Part shown: positions 11,688 to 20,953 of the stretch, one piece after another
How the letters are laid out: every line of letters begins with the position of its first letter
Numbering within the stretch: position 1 is the stretch's first letter
IMG/VR virus record: IMGVR_UViG_3300025519_000001
Coordinates: 1-64,000 of that record
Reading direction: 5' to 3' (one strand)
DNA length: 64,000 nt
DNA from: a virus
Position numbers and translations under genes: made by a program
The notes under the pieces: generated by a model
The model's database searches: none
Told to the model about the DNA's origin: nothing
The model's input: the letters and a program-made list of their open reading frames with translations, nothing else

Positions 11688-13451
11688 GTATATGAAACAA
11701 CGATTTCATGGATATTTCAAAAATAACAGACAAAAGGTGTTATTATGAATGACAAAGAATTGTTTGAAGTAGTGAATAAGGCACTCTTTCAAAATAAATC
11801 ATGTTCTTTTGACACATGGTATACTATCATTGTAAATAACAAACCAATATTTGAGGCTGCAATTAACAGCAAAGGATATATACATATTCGAAAACCCATC
11901 AAAAAAGTTGATTGGTACGAAAATCGAAATGATGTATTTCTTTATCGAAAATGGCGATTTAACAGCAAAAAGGAATTAGTTGATGCTGGAATGATCGAAG
12001 GAACAAAACCGAATAAAGAAGATATTAAGGAGGTTATTTTATGACGCTGGAACAGTTTTTTGATTTGCCTATTGACACGCAAGAGCAATGCGATGAATGG
12101 CTTAGACTTTATCGTAAGTGGTATAAAGCACAAACTAAAAGAACGAAAAGGAGTCGATAACAATTGAAAAGACTTGCAGAAAACTTGAGAAGCCGATAAA
12201 AGCAGGATTTGATTAGAATAAAAATAATAATAGGATGGTGTTAAAAATGAAAAATTATGATAGCAGAGAGCAAATTGCGTATGATGAAGCCGCAATAATA
12301 GCAAGTGAAATTATGTACCAAAATAATGTCTATACAAAGAATAGGATAATCGACAGCGTAAGATTCGGAGATTATGAAAACCTTCAGTGTATTGTATTCA
12401 GGTGAGAAAAGGAAAGTCACAACGTAGAAATTTATCATAATGGCGAAGAGATTAAATATGTTGGAACTGGTTACAGTATGTATTAGTCGATGAAAGAATG
12501 ATTTTATAAGGAGTGATAAAAAATGACAGCAAGGAGAAAGATTGCTAACAAAATTTATGAGTTGGGAAATGGCGATACTTTTGATTTTCATTTTAAAACT
12601 GAGGATGGAACGACAATTTATGCGGCTGCTACGTGCATGAGGATTCATGACCTTAATAGGGTTATTGTGTCGGCGTATGGTAGAAATGAGTACGACAGAA
12701 TTATTAGTGAATTTGATACTGTGGCTGATATTGAGAAAAAGCTTGATTTTATTTGCGAATAACAGCGAATACAAAAGGCAAGAAATTTTATATATAAAAG
12801 GTGAGATAAAAGTAGCAGTATTCTTTGAAAAAATTAGCCCTAAAGTTTTGGAAGCAGCGAAAAAATTGGAAATGGAAGGTTATATTCGTATCAACAAGTT
12901 TGAACATGGTGAAAACTGGATGCAGATTGCAGATGAAGTTATTGATGAAGTTGCTTTGCTAAACGAATATAAAATTGAAGTTAAATGGTTTGATGGTTCG
13001 TGTGCGATTAGAAAGAGTAAATAAAAGATTATTTCACAAGAACAATAACAGCAGGAGGTATACATATGTTCAAGGTGACTACAATCGAATGGTGGAATGG
13101 TCATATAACAGTCGCAGAGTACCATTTCGACAATGTGCTGCATATGTACAAATTCATTCATCTGTGCGAACAAGACGGAATTAAGTATAAAGTTGTAAGA
13201 GTTAAAAATAATAATCAACAGAAAGGAGCATGACAGTTGGTCGGAATCCTTTTGTTAATTCTTTCAACTATTGCTGGTCTGCTGTTTGTTTTACTTATCA
13301 TCTTTGCGGTATTAAGAATTAAAACAACTATGAAAATAAAACAAATTAGGAATAAAATACTTGCTATAGAAGTTGATCGTAATGTTTTGCTACAGCAAAT
13401 TAAGCAGATTGAACAGGAAAGCCTATAAATAGTATCTTTGATCGGCATATT

Positions 13452-13573
13452 AAGTTGTAAAAAAGTTATAAGCAAGTTACCAGCAAGCTAAAAAACCGCA
13501 TAACAGTAAGGTTTCTTTATAATTTAGGGGCGGTTTTGCAAGTTAAATGCAAGTTAGAAATAAGTTATAAGTT
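13452..13573 (+). repeat. 11-bp-phased AAGTT direct-repeat array around an inverted repeat (iteron/centromere/att-like site)
   Basis: AAGTT or AAGCT at 13452, 13463, 13474, 13485, 13540, 13551, 13562, all in one 11-bp register; central AAAACCGC...GCGGTTTT. Confidence 0.7.
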
Positions 13574-14010
13574 AGAATCAAATGTCCATTTCGAGGAGAG
13601 TTGATAGTATGAAACTGAACAGGGATGATATCTATGTAGCAACATTTGTTCATTGTTTAGATGAAGCTGATATAATTCAACAGACCACCAGCGGACGCAA
13701 GTTCTATCGTTTAAAAAATTTTCTAGGTGATCTAGGTTATATTGTTAAGTCTGTAGAGTTAATCAATTAATTGTTTCGTGGGGTGCGAATAATGAATAAA
13801 AAGATTTCATATAAAGAAGCAATTGAACGAATTCAAAGGTTAAAATATACGTTTATAGGGAATCGTGATCAACTTCATGAGGAAATTGATCGTATTATTG
13901 TTATGACTAAAAAAGAATGAAAGCAAGGATAAGATGAAATGAAGAAGGACAATATTTATGAGAAATGTAGTAGGTGTTTTTAAAATAAAAAAATAAAATA
14001 TGTAAAACTA

Positions 14011-14040
14011 TTGACAATTAAAAACAAAATATGATAATAT
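14011..14040 (+). promoter_or_regulatory. Sigma-A promoter of the tRNA operon
   Basis: TTGACA at 14011, GATAAT/TAATAT -10 region, AT-rich UP region. Confidence 0.75.
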
Positions 14041-14053
14041 AAATTCATCAAAT

Positions 14054-14135
14054 GGGGAGCGAGGCGTCCGGTAGACGCCGACGGTCTTATACACCGTGAA
14101 TAACGAGCTTGGTTCGACTCCAAGGCTCCCTACCA
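14054..14135 (+). tRNA. tRNA-Ile(UAU)
   Basis: Cloverleaf: acceptor GGGGAGC/GCTCCCT, anticodon arm ACGGT-CTTATAC-ACCGT, T loop TTCGACT, encoded CCA; 10-nt variable region. Confidence 0.85.
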
Positions 14136-14136
14136 T

Positions 14137-14213
14137 ATCCCCTTAGTTCAATTGGATAGAACAACAGCCTTCTAAGCTGTAGGTTAGAGGTTCAATTCCT
14201 CTAGGGGATGCCA
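14137..14213 (+). tRNA. tRNA-Arg(UCU)
   Basis: Acceptor ATCCCCT/AGGGGAT, anticodon arm ACAGC-CTTCTAA-GCTGT, CCA. Confidence 0.95.
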
Positions 14214-14214
14214 T

Positions 14215-14300
14215 GCGGATATGATGGAATTGGCAGACATATCGGACTTAAAATCCGAGGTCATTGAGACGTGAGGGTTCAAATCCCTCTATCCGCACCA
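14215..14300 (+). tRNA. tRNA-Leu(UAA)
   Basis: Anticodon arm TCGGA-CTTAAAA-TCCGA, long variable arm, CCA. Confidence 0.95.
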
Positions 14301-14301
14301 T

Positions 14302-14377
14302 GAGCCATTAGCTCAGTTGGTAGAGCACCTGACTTTTAATCAGGGTGTCGAAGGTTCGAGTCCTTCATGGCTCACCA
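14302..14377 (+). tRNA. tRNA-Lys(UUU)
   Basis: Canonical Bacillales-type tRNA-Lys, anticodon arm CCTGA-CTTTTAA-TCAGG, CCA. Confidence 0.97.
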
Positions 14378-14392
14378 TTCATGTCAACTTTT

Positions 14393-14412
14393 AGCGCCTT
14401 CAGGCGCTTTTT
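14393..14412 (+). terminator. Terminator of the tRNA operon
   Basis: AGCGCCT-TC-AGGCGCT followed by a T run. Confidence 0.7.
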
Positions 14413-14723
14413 GTGTATATGCGCAAATGTAGTCGAAATATAGTCGATTAAATCTTAAAATAATAGTACAATAAAAATAAAAAAGGAATTGGTTTCTTTT
14501 GGTTAAAATGATCACGCAATATCAATCGGATTTTAGTTCGCTTAAAACCAGAGGATGGTATGTTGTTGTCGATATGAAGGGCAAAGTTAAGGTTTATAGT
14601 TGGTTTGTTTATTTAAATTTAATTTCAAATGTTATTTTAAAAGCAGATGCGGTTTATTGGAGTGATGATCGGGAGGAGATTCACAAGGTTTTTGGTGTTT
14701 AATAAAAGAGACATTTTATGGTG

Positions 14724-14764
14724 AAAAAGATTTAAGACCACCAAACCGATTGGTGGTCTTAAAT
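14724..14764 (-). terminator. Intrinsic (probably bidirectional) terminator closing the CRISPR-like RNA
   Basis: Perfect 15-bp stem ATTTAAGACCACCAA/TTGGTGGTCTTAAAT with a U tract on the minus strand. Confidence 0.8.
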
Positions 14765-14779
14765 TAAGGAGAAAAATTC

Positions 14780-14886
14780 ATTTCAATCCACGCTATTACA
14801 GCTAATAAAAGCTGTTTCAGCGAATAAAAAAAGGGGGGGGAGAGACATTTAGAGAGTTTCAATCCACATTCTCTAGTGAGAATGAC
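14780..14886 (-). CRISPR. Type I-C-like CRISPR mini-array / solitary-repeat RNA (two divergent repeats, one 31-nt spacer), no cas genes in window
   Basis: Minus strand: GTCATTCTC-ACTA-GAGAATGTGGATTGAAAC (14886-14856) and TTCGCT...AGCGTGGATTGAAAT (14824-14780); both carry the I-C 3' handle TGGATTGAAA(C/T) directly after a hairpin. Confidence 0.75.
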
Positions 14887-14899
14887 TTTGATCAATTTA

Positions 14900-14928
14900 A
14901 TTCTAAAATATATGCTTTATTTAGTCAA
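14900..14928 (-). promoter_or_regulatory. Sigma-A promoter for the CRISPR-like RNA
   Basis: TTGACT-17-TAGAAT on the minus strand, 13 nt before the first repeat. Confidence 0.75.
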
Positions 14929-14981
14929 GCGCTAATTTGTGCTAAAATGTTATCATAAAAATTAAGTAAGGTGGGTTTGCT

Positions 14982-15395
14982 ATGGGGAGACTGTCAATTA
15001 AACAACGTATTCTAAAGACATCGGACATCAACCGTAGAAAAGAATTGGCGTTAAACTGGCATCAGGCATGGGCTGGAAAAATGAAAAGAGAATTGTCGTG
15101 GTCGATTGAGGAATTGGAAACGTTAGATTTGCAACAAATATTTTGGCGTCTAAGATTCATAAAAGCCGAAACAGAGAAACATTTTGCTGCACTTCCAAAT
15201 GTATTAGATAGTTTGGACATCTCAGGCGACAAATATAGAAATACTGCTTCTCAATTCATCAGTCTAATTGATGGTATTATGCATAAATTAAATCTAGAAA
15301 GGAATAGCCGAAACACAAAGTTGTTGCTTCAGAATGCTTATTTTGAATACAGAAATTTTTCAGACGAATTGGTGTCAGTGATCAAAAACAGATAG
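14982..15395 (+). CDS. Hypothetical protein
   Basis: 137-aa ORF with RBS AAGGTGGG, divergent from the CRISPR-like RNA. Confidence 0.7.
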   Translation: MGRLSIKQRILKTSDINRRKELALNWHQAWAGKMKRELSWSIEELETLDLQQIFWRLRFIKAETEKHFAALPNVLDSLDISGDKYRNTASQFISLIDGIMHKLNLERNSRNTKLLLQNAYFEYRNFSDELVSVIKNR

Positions 15396-15640
15396 GGTGG
15401 TTTTATGGCCTATATCTCGCCAGCACAAACAAAAGCTAAATCATATGCTGCAAAATATGATTATAAACTTCGCAAAATTAAGGATGGCTATGTTAAAGTG
15501 ATTCGACCCAATGGGTCGATTGTAACGGTTAAAGATTGGAATTCTGCTTGGGAATTAATGATGGGTGAGACGGTTAAAGTTGACCCCAATAAAAACATTT
15601 TCGATTTTTGAAGGCTTCAGGCATAGAAAAGTTCCGCTGA

Positions 15641-16126
15641 TTAACCAGCGGAACTTTCGTTTTTCAGAAAACCTAATTTTCGGGCGTTGTTTAACATGTT
15701 GATCAGGTTATCTAAATCTTCACCATTAGGGATTTCTTGAATTTTTTGTTCCAATCTGACGTTTTCCCTACGGAGCTTATTGTGGTCTCTTTGTAATCGT
15801 TTATAAGCAGCGGTTGCTTCTTCAACTGCTTTCGTCAGTATTTCAAATGGATCTTCACTGTTTTCTGCGATATCAGGAATATCAAGTTTTTGATTTTTAT
15901 TTTCACGAAGCGTCCTTTTTTCTTGTTTTGCTTTTTCAAGTTCATCTTCGTATTGCTTCCTAACTTTACTATTCCAACGGAAACCACAAGCTGCTGGAGT
16001 TCTTGATAATCTTTCCGCCGCTACTTTAAATCCTTCCCCTTGTGTGCCACCGTTTCTTACGCTTTCAAGAATCGCTTCAGCAAGAATGTGGTCATTTTCT
16101 GCACTCCAACTATCTTTCCTGTTCAT
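15641..16126 (-). CDS. rsfA: RsfA/YlbO-family (Myb-like) sporulation transcriptional regulator
   Basis: MNRKDSWSAENDHILAE...GGTQ...LSRTPAACGFRWNSKVRKQY; start moved to ATG 16126 after RBS GAGGCG. Confidence 0.9.
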   Translation of the reverse strand: MNRKDSWSAENDHILAEAILESVRNGGTQGEGFKVAAERLSRTPAACGFRWNSKVRKQYEDELEKAKQEKRTLRENKNQKLDIPDIAENSEDPFEILTKAVEEATAAYKRLQRDHNKLRRENVRLEQKIQEIPNGEDLDNLINMLNNARKLGFLKNESSAG

Positions 16127-16206
16127 TCTTCTCGCCTCGTTTATCGATTTATTATATTTATATCCAAAATCTTCATTACCTATACATACAAAAAAATATA
16201 TAAAAT

Positions 16207-16220
16207 AGAACATTTGTTCC
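16207..16220. promoter_or_regulatory. LexA (SOS/Cheo) box between rsfA and mazF
   Basis: AGAAC-ATTT-GTTCC matches the Firmicutes GAAC-N4-GTTC box; 2 nt upstream of promoter TTGATA-17-TATACT (16223-16251). Confidence 0.7.
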
Positions 16221-16304
16221 CGTTGATAAAAAAGAAAAAATTATATATACTGTTTATAGTGTAAAAAAATAAATTATTAGGTTTAACATTTGGGAGTGGA
16301 ACGG

Positions 16305-16697
16305 ATGTTAGCCACGTTGGAAAGAGATATTTCGCAAAAGATTAACACAATACGTAGAATGGATATTTATTTTGCTGACCTTCGTGGAAACAATGCAGGT
16401 TCAGAACAGACAGGAATAAGACCAGTTTTGGTTATACAAAATGATATTGGCAATACTTATAGTCCAACTATTATCGTTGCGAATATTACATCATCGGAAA
16501 CAAAAGCAAAATTACCTGTTCATGTTCCTTTGAAAGCTAGTAAGACTGGGTTGAGAAATGATAGTATTGTTTTGTGCGAACAAATAAGAACAATTGACAA
16601 GTCTAGGCTAATTGAAAAAATAGGAACGGTGGATAAAGAAACTCAAAGGGAAATTGATCTTGCGCTTAAAAAGAGTATTGGTCTGATTAATTTTTAA
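16305..16697 (+). CDS. mazF: MazF/PemK (NdoA-like) endoribonuclease, no MazE upstream
   Basis: DIYFADL...GSEQTGIRPVLVIQNDIGNTYSPTIIVA...LCEQIRTIDKSRL; likely start ATG 16305. Confidence 0.93.
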   Translation: MLATLERDISQKINTIRRMDIYFADLRGNNAGSEQTGIRPVLVIQNDIGNTYSPTIIVANITSSETKAKLPVHVPLKASKTGLRNDSIVLCEQIRTIDKSRLIEKIGTVDKETQREIDLALKKSIGLINF

Positions 16698-16722
16698 TTT
16701 TTATAAATAGGAGAGATTCTTT

Positions 16723-16887
16723 ATGAGTTTTTTGATTGTTGGTTCTAAAAAAGGCGTATATGACACTAGAGAATTGGTTATTGAATTGGAGAGTCGTGGT
16801 GTTCAAAACGCCGAAATGATCGTTGATGATGTTATCAAAAAAAGAAAAGCGACAATTTGTGGGTTGAGAATTCTCACTCTTCAATAA
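16723..16887 (+). CDS. 54-aa protein probably co-transcribed with mazF (not in ORF track)
   Basis: RBS AGGAGAG; MSFLIVGSKKG...LRILTLQ; followed by a terminator hairpin at 16893-16923. Confidence 0.65.
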   Translation: MSFLIVGSKKGVYDTRELVIELESRGVQNAEMIVDDVIKKRKATICGLRILTLQ

Positions 16888-16946
16888 TTTGTAACCTCTT
16901 ATGGATATCATAAGAGGTTTTTTGTTTAAAAATAAAATATTTAATA

Positions 16947-16976
16947 TTGACAAATGTAAAACAAAAAAATTATAAT
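16947..16976 (+). promoter_or_regulatory. Sigma-A promoter TTGACA-18-TATAAT heading an accessory gene array
   Basis: Both hexamers match consensus exactly. Confidence 0.8.
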
Positions 16977-17049
16977 TTACTTAAGATCGATACATAGAAG
17001 CGATACTGAGCGGTGCATGAAACTATATTTTTATGGGGAGTTGAAACGA

Positions 17050-20000
17050 ATGAAATTGAATGTAAAGGTTATAAAGAGTGGCAAAACGGATGGTAGACCT
17101 TGGATGAGAACGGAACTCGAAGAAAAGGAAATAACGCATATCAGAGCATTTTACATACATGGAAATGGATCAGCAACAATTCAATACGAAGGGAAAGACA
17201 ATGAAGGAAACTGGTATCAATTCTTCAAGAAGGATAACAAAAATGTTAAATTGCCTGTGATAGATAAATATAATGAAAACTGGACACAGGTACTTATAGA
17301 TGTTAAGGGTATACGGGGTATATATAAATACCAGTCAGAAGAAATAAGAATTGGATAAAATGATCCTTTCATGGGGAGTGATGATTAAATGAGTAGGCAC
17401 GGAAGATATGGAGATCCTGATAAAAAAGGAACTGAATTTTTGATCAAATCGGCTTGCGATTACATAAATGATTTAATTAAAGAATCGGACAGAAGCAAAG
17501 AAAGCAAGGAATTTATATTATGTCAAATTAATAAAGCAAGAGAAATATTGTATGGCGATGGAAGAATCTTATCTGATACACTTAAAGTAAGGTTTGAATC
17601 GAGATTGAACAACTTAGAAAAGAAGATAATGAAATGGAGGTATGAGTAATGCTGGTGAAAGAAATTAGATCGAAGACGCTTGGTTTTGATAAAGGCAGTT
17701 ACATAGAAGTTGAACATCTGGACGGTAAAATTCAAAAAATATCTCTTAAAAGGGATAAGAAGCGGTTTAATGATGGTAACCTTGAAAATCAGTATTATCT
17801 TCTTAAAGAAGGAAACAGAGTTTATGTTAATGAAATAAGTCTTTCATGGGGTGAAAAAATGAAAATAGGGATTGAGATTGATGGAGTAATATATGCAGAA
17901 AACGGAAATATAAGTCATAAAGAATTTCTCGATAAGTTTTTTGAGTTTGTAGAATCAAATGGGTGGTATTTTGGCGGAGCAACTCGTTTAATTGATGAAA
18001 ATGGGGATGCAATTAATAAAGTCAAAAGATAGCGAGATAAAATGGAAGAATATTATTCGTCAGTTTCAAGAGAACATTTGATGAACGATTTAGGAAAAGC
18101 AGGATTTAAAGTAAAAAATAAAACCAAAGGAGAGTAGTAAAAGTGATCGTGTTTGACATTGTTGTTGATGGTGAAATTAAAGAAACTCTTGTACCAACAA
18201 ATCAACGGCTGCGAGAAATGAGAGATTATCTTTATGATCGGTTGCCTGAGTTAAAAATGAAATATGGTGAATTTGTAGTATACAGAAGGTTAATTCAATT
18301 AGGGGCATAAGGAAGGAGAATACTAATATGAAGGAAGAATTGTTGAGACAAATCCAAGAGTGGCGACAAGAGCAAGATCGACTAGAAGAACTAATTGAAA
18401 TGAATTACCGTAAAATTGACGAATTAGACGAAAATACATAGATAGGTGATTGTAATGAAGAATACAAAACGGATTCGCTTTATTGACGAGCAAAATGATT
18501 TAACATTTAATTTTATTTTAAATAAATATGGTCTTAAAACGATTGTCACGGACAATAACAGCGAATGTGATGTAGCATTGGCTGATCTATCAGAAACCGC
18601 AAAAGCATTTTATGAAATACAACGAAAAGAAATAACAGGCGAGAAGTATATTGATAAGATTAAAAAAATACTATACCGGTCTGCGGTATAATAAAATAAG
18701 TTGTTAATAAATCACTATAACTAAGGAGCAGAATAAAATGGGAATGTACACTGGACTTCGTTGCAAGGTGATTATTAAACCCAAATACCGATGTGAATTA
18801 AATCTGCTACACGACGAACTGGAATATGAATGGACTGAATCTAATATTGATTTCCTAAGAGAATTTGGGGAATACTCTAGGGCCGATTTTATTCCGAAAG
18901 GAGTATTGTGCTATATGCCTGATGATTGGGAAGATGTTCCGCTTAACAAAGATGGAGCACGTGACTGGATGAATGCAACAGCTACAGATGGATTTGAAAG
19001 ACGCTTTGATTTAAAAACGGGTCTGTGGAGTTTTCAGTGTAGTTTGAAAAATTATAAAGGTACGATTGAGTATTTCTTTGATAAAGTACTGAGTAAGATT
19101 ATCGAGAAAGTTATCCATCTTGAGTATTATTATGAAGAATGGGATCGTAGTGTGTTTTATGATTTCGTAGATGGAAAAATTGTTAAAAGCGACAGAGAAG
19201 GAATTAAATATGGTTGTTAAGAAAATAGATTTAAAATAAAAGGAAATCACTATTTTATCATAAAGGAGAATGAAAAATGGGTAACTGGAGAACAGTCGAA
19301 CTAAAGGGTAAAGTTACCAATCGTGATGAGATTGAGAAAATGATCGATTATTTAACTGTAGATCAAAATTCCTGTACTAGTCAAGCTTATAATGACGAAA
19401 TTTTCTATCTCCAATTCGGCACAGGTCTGTACGGTATCAATCAGTGGATTAATAATGACGGTTCAATCGATATTTGTGGAAATGTGTACGAAAGAGATTG
19501 TGAGATTGAAGATCTACATAACGAACTAAACATTCTTGCCGCCAAGTTTCCTTCATTAGAATTAATTCTACATGTGGGGGGAGATTATGAAAGTACCGAA
19601 TGTATATCAAGTTTCATTGTTAAGAATTCAGAAGTAAAGAAGGTTAAGCCACTGGTCAATAAACTTAATGGAATTGATAAAGAAAGAGCGATGGCAAATT
19701 TTTTCAAAGCGATAATATGGTGAATTCATTTGTTTTGTTTGGGGGATGATATTTTGGCACGATTCACTCAATATCACGGATTAACAGAAGAAGCACGAAA
19801 GTTTTTAGCGGACGCTGAATTAGTAACTCACTTTGAGGGAACATTGGGAATTGCAATGGAACCTATCCATTTTGGGATTTGGAAAAAGAAAGATAAAAAA
19901 GAAGAAGATGATTATTTCCCCCAGATGGAAGGTACATATGCTGAAATAGTTCAGGCAGAAATATGGAGTTCTGGCCCGATGATTTTCACATGCCTTATTG

Positions 20001-20062
20001 ATTTGAGACATCCTGATAAACGTTTGTTTGAGTGGTCTGAAGCAGAAATGAAGAAATATTGA
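17050..20062 (+). other. Array of small hypothetical genes (17050-17358, 17389-17649, 17649-18032, 18143-18310, 18446-18691, 18738-19220, 19277-19723, about 19754-20062)
   Basis: ORF track, RBSs, junction palindromes. Confidence 0.75.
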
Positions 20063-20070
20063 TTGTTTAT

Positions 20071-20114
20071 TATGTTCCCGTAAAATCCCTGTCTTTAGGC
20101 ATGAGAAGTATTAA
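20071..20114 (+). mobile_element. Degenerate IS200/IS605 mini-remnant
   Basis: TTTAT followed by CCCTGTCTTTAGGCATG, the same hairpin core as the left end at about 59791. Confidence 0.6.
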
Positions 20115-20953
20115 AAAGAAAGGGGCGAATAAGCCGTGAAACACAGTTTCTACGACAAGAACGGAAAATTATTTGTTGATTGCTCCGAATGCAAACGTGG
20201 CGGCAACGGAGACAAGAGTTGCGGCGCGGGTTGGACGGTTAAAAGAGGCGGACATAGCGGCTGTTTTCTTGGGGCATTGCGTGACGGAATACCTATGCAA
20301 AGGAGCGAATCCAAGTGAGTAACTACACCATCAGGCATGACGAATACGGTCATGCTACTGCAATCGAGCGAGAAGGCTATACTGTATTGCACCTGCTCTC
20401 CGGCACCGAACGGAACGAGCAGGAAGTCGAAGGGATTGTACGAGAACTGAATGGAGTCCAGCGTCTTAGGGCGGCGTTGGCGTCGTTACCCGACAAAATC
20501 ATGGATATGAAATGGACAGACACTGAAGAGCTTACGTTCCCACTGGACAATCCGACAGCAGAAGAACAAAGCGAATGGTTAGATGAGTTTATAGACCGGC
20601 TTGATATGCATGTTCGTAACATCATAGACAACGAGATCGAAGGCCTCTCCGCCACAACCGAATCAACATGCAAATGCGGCGGAACAGGCGGATATAACCT
20701 AAAGTTTGGACAACTGGGCGAAGAAACGTTTCCCTGTGAAGTGTGCAGCGCGGACTTCTTCAAAAAAACCGGGCTGGAACGGGTGAGGGAATATTGTCCT
20801 GACCATCCCGATGTGAAGCCCGAAACATCCAGTAGCCATACATGGACACAGGACGAAAACACATATTTCGTGAGTTATGTCAAATATTGTCCAACTTGCT
20901 ATCGCGTTATAAGCACGGAAGCGCGGTTGTAGACGAGGAGAAGGAGGATAACG

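Larger units (their letters stand above)
157..13506 (+). repeat. Dispersed strand-polar heptamer ATAACAG (about 44 exact copies)
   Basis: Manual count; examples at 157, 184, 812, 949, 1580, 1612, 2205, 2759, 3038, 3334, 4086, 4910, 5515, 7237, 8326, 9339, 9639, 11110, 12759, 13500; only 18555 and 18632 seen further downstream. Confidence 0.9.

Noticed and set aside
157-13506. ATAACAG as B. subtilis Chi (AGCGG), DnaA box or SpoIIIE SRS
   Set aside because: It matches none of these consensus sequences; AGCGG accompanies only isolated copies. An unknown host-specific Chi cannot be excluded
14054-14135. tRNA(UAU) as a special initiator for the ATA/ATT starts
   Set aside because: It lacks the three consecutive G-C pairs in the anticodon stem and the C1:A72 mismatch of initiator tRNAs
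14780-14886. Canonical CRISPR-Cas locus
   Set aside because: Only two divergent repeats, a low-complexity spacer and no cas genes in the window
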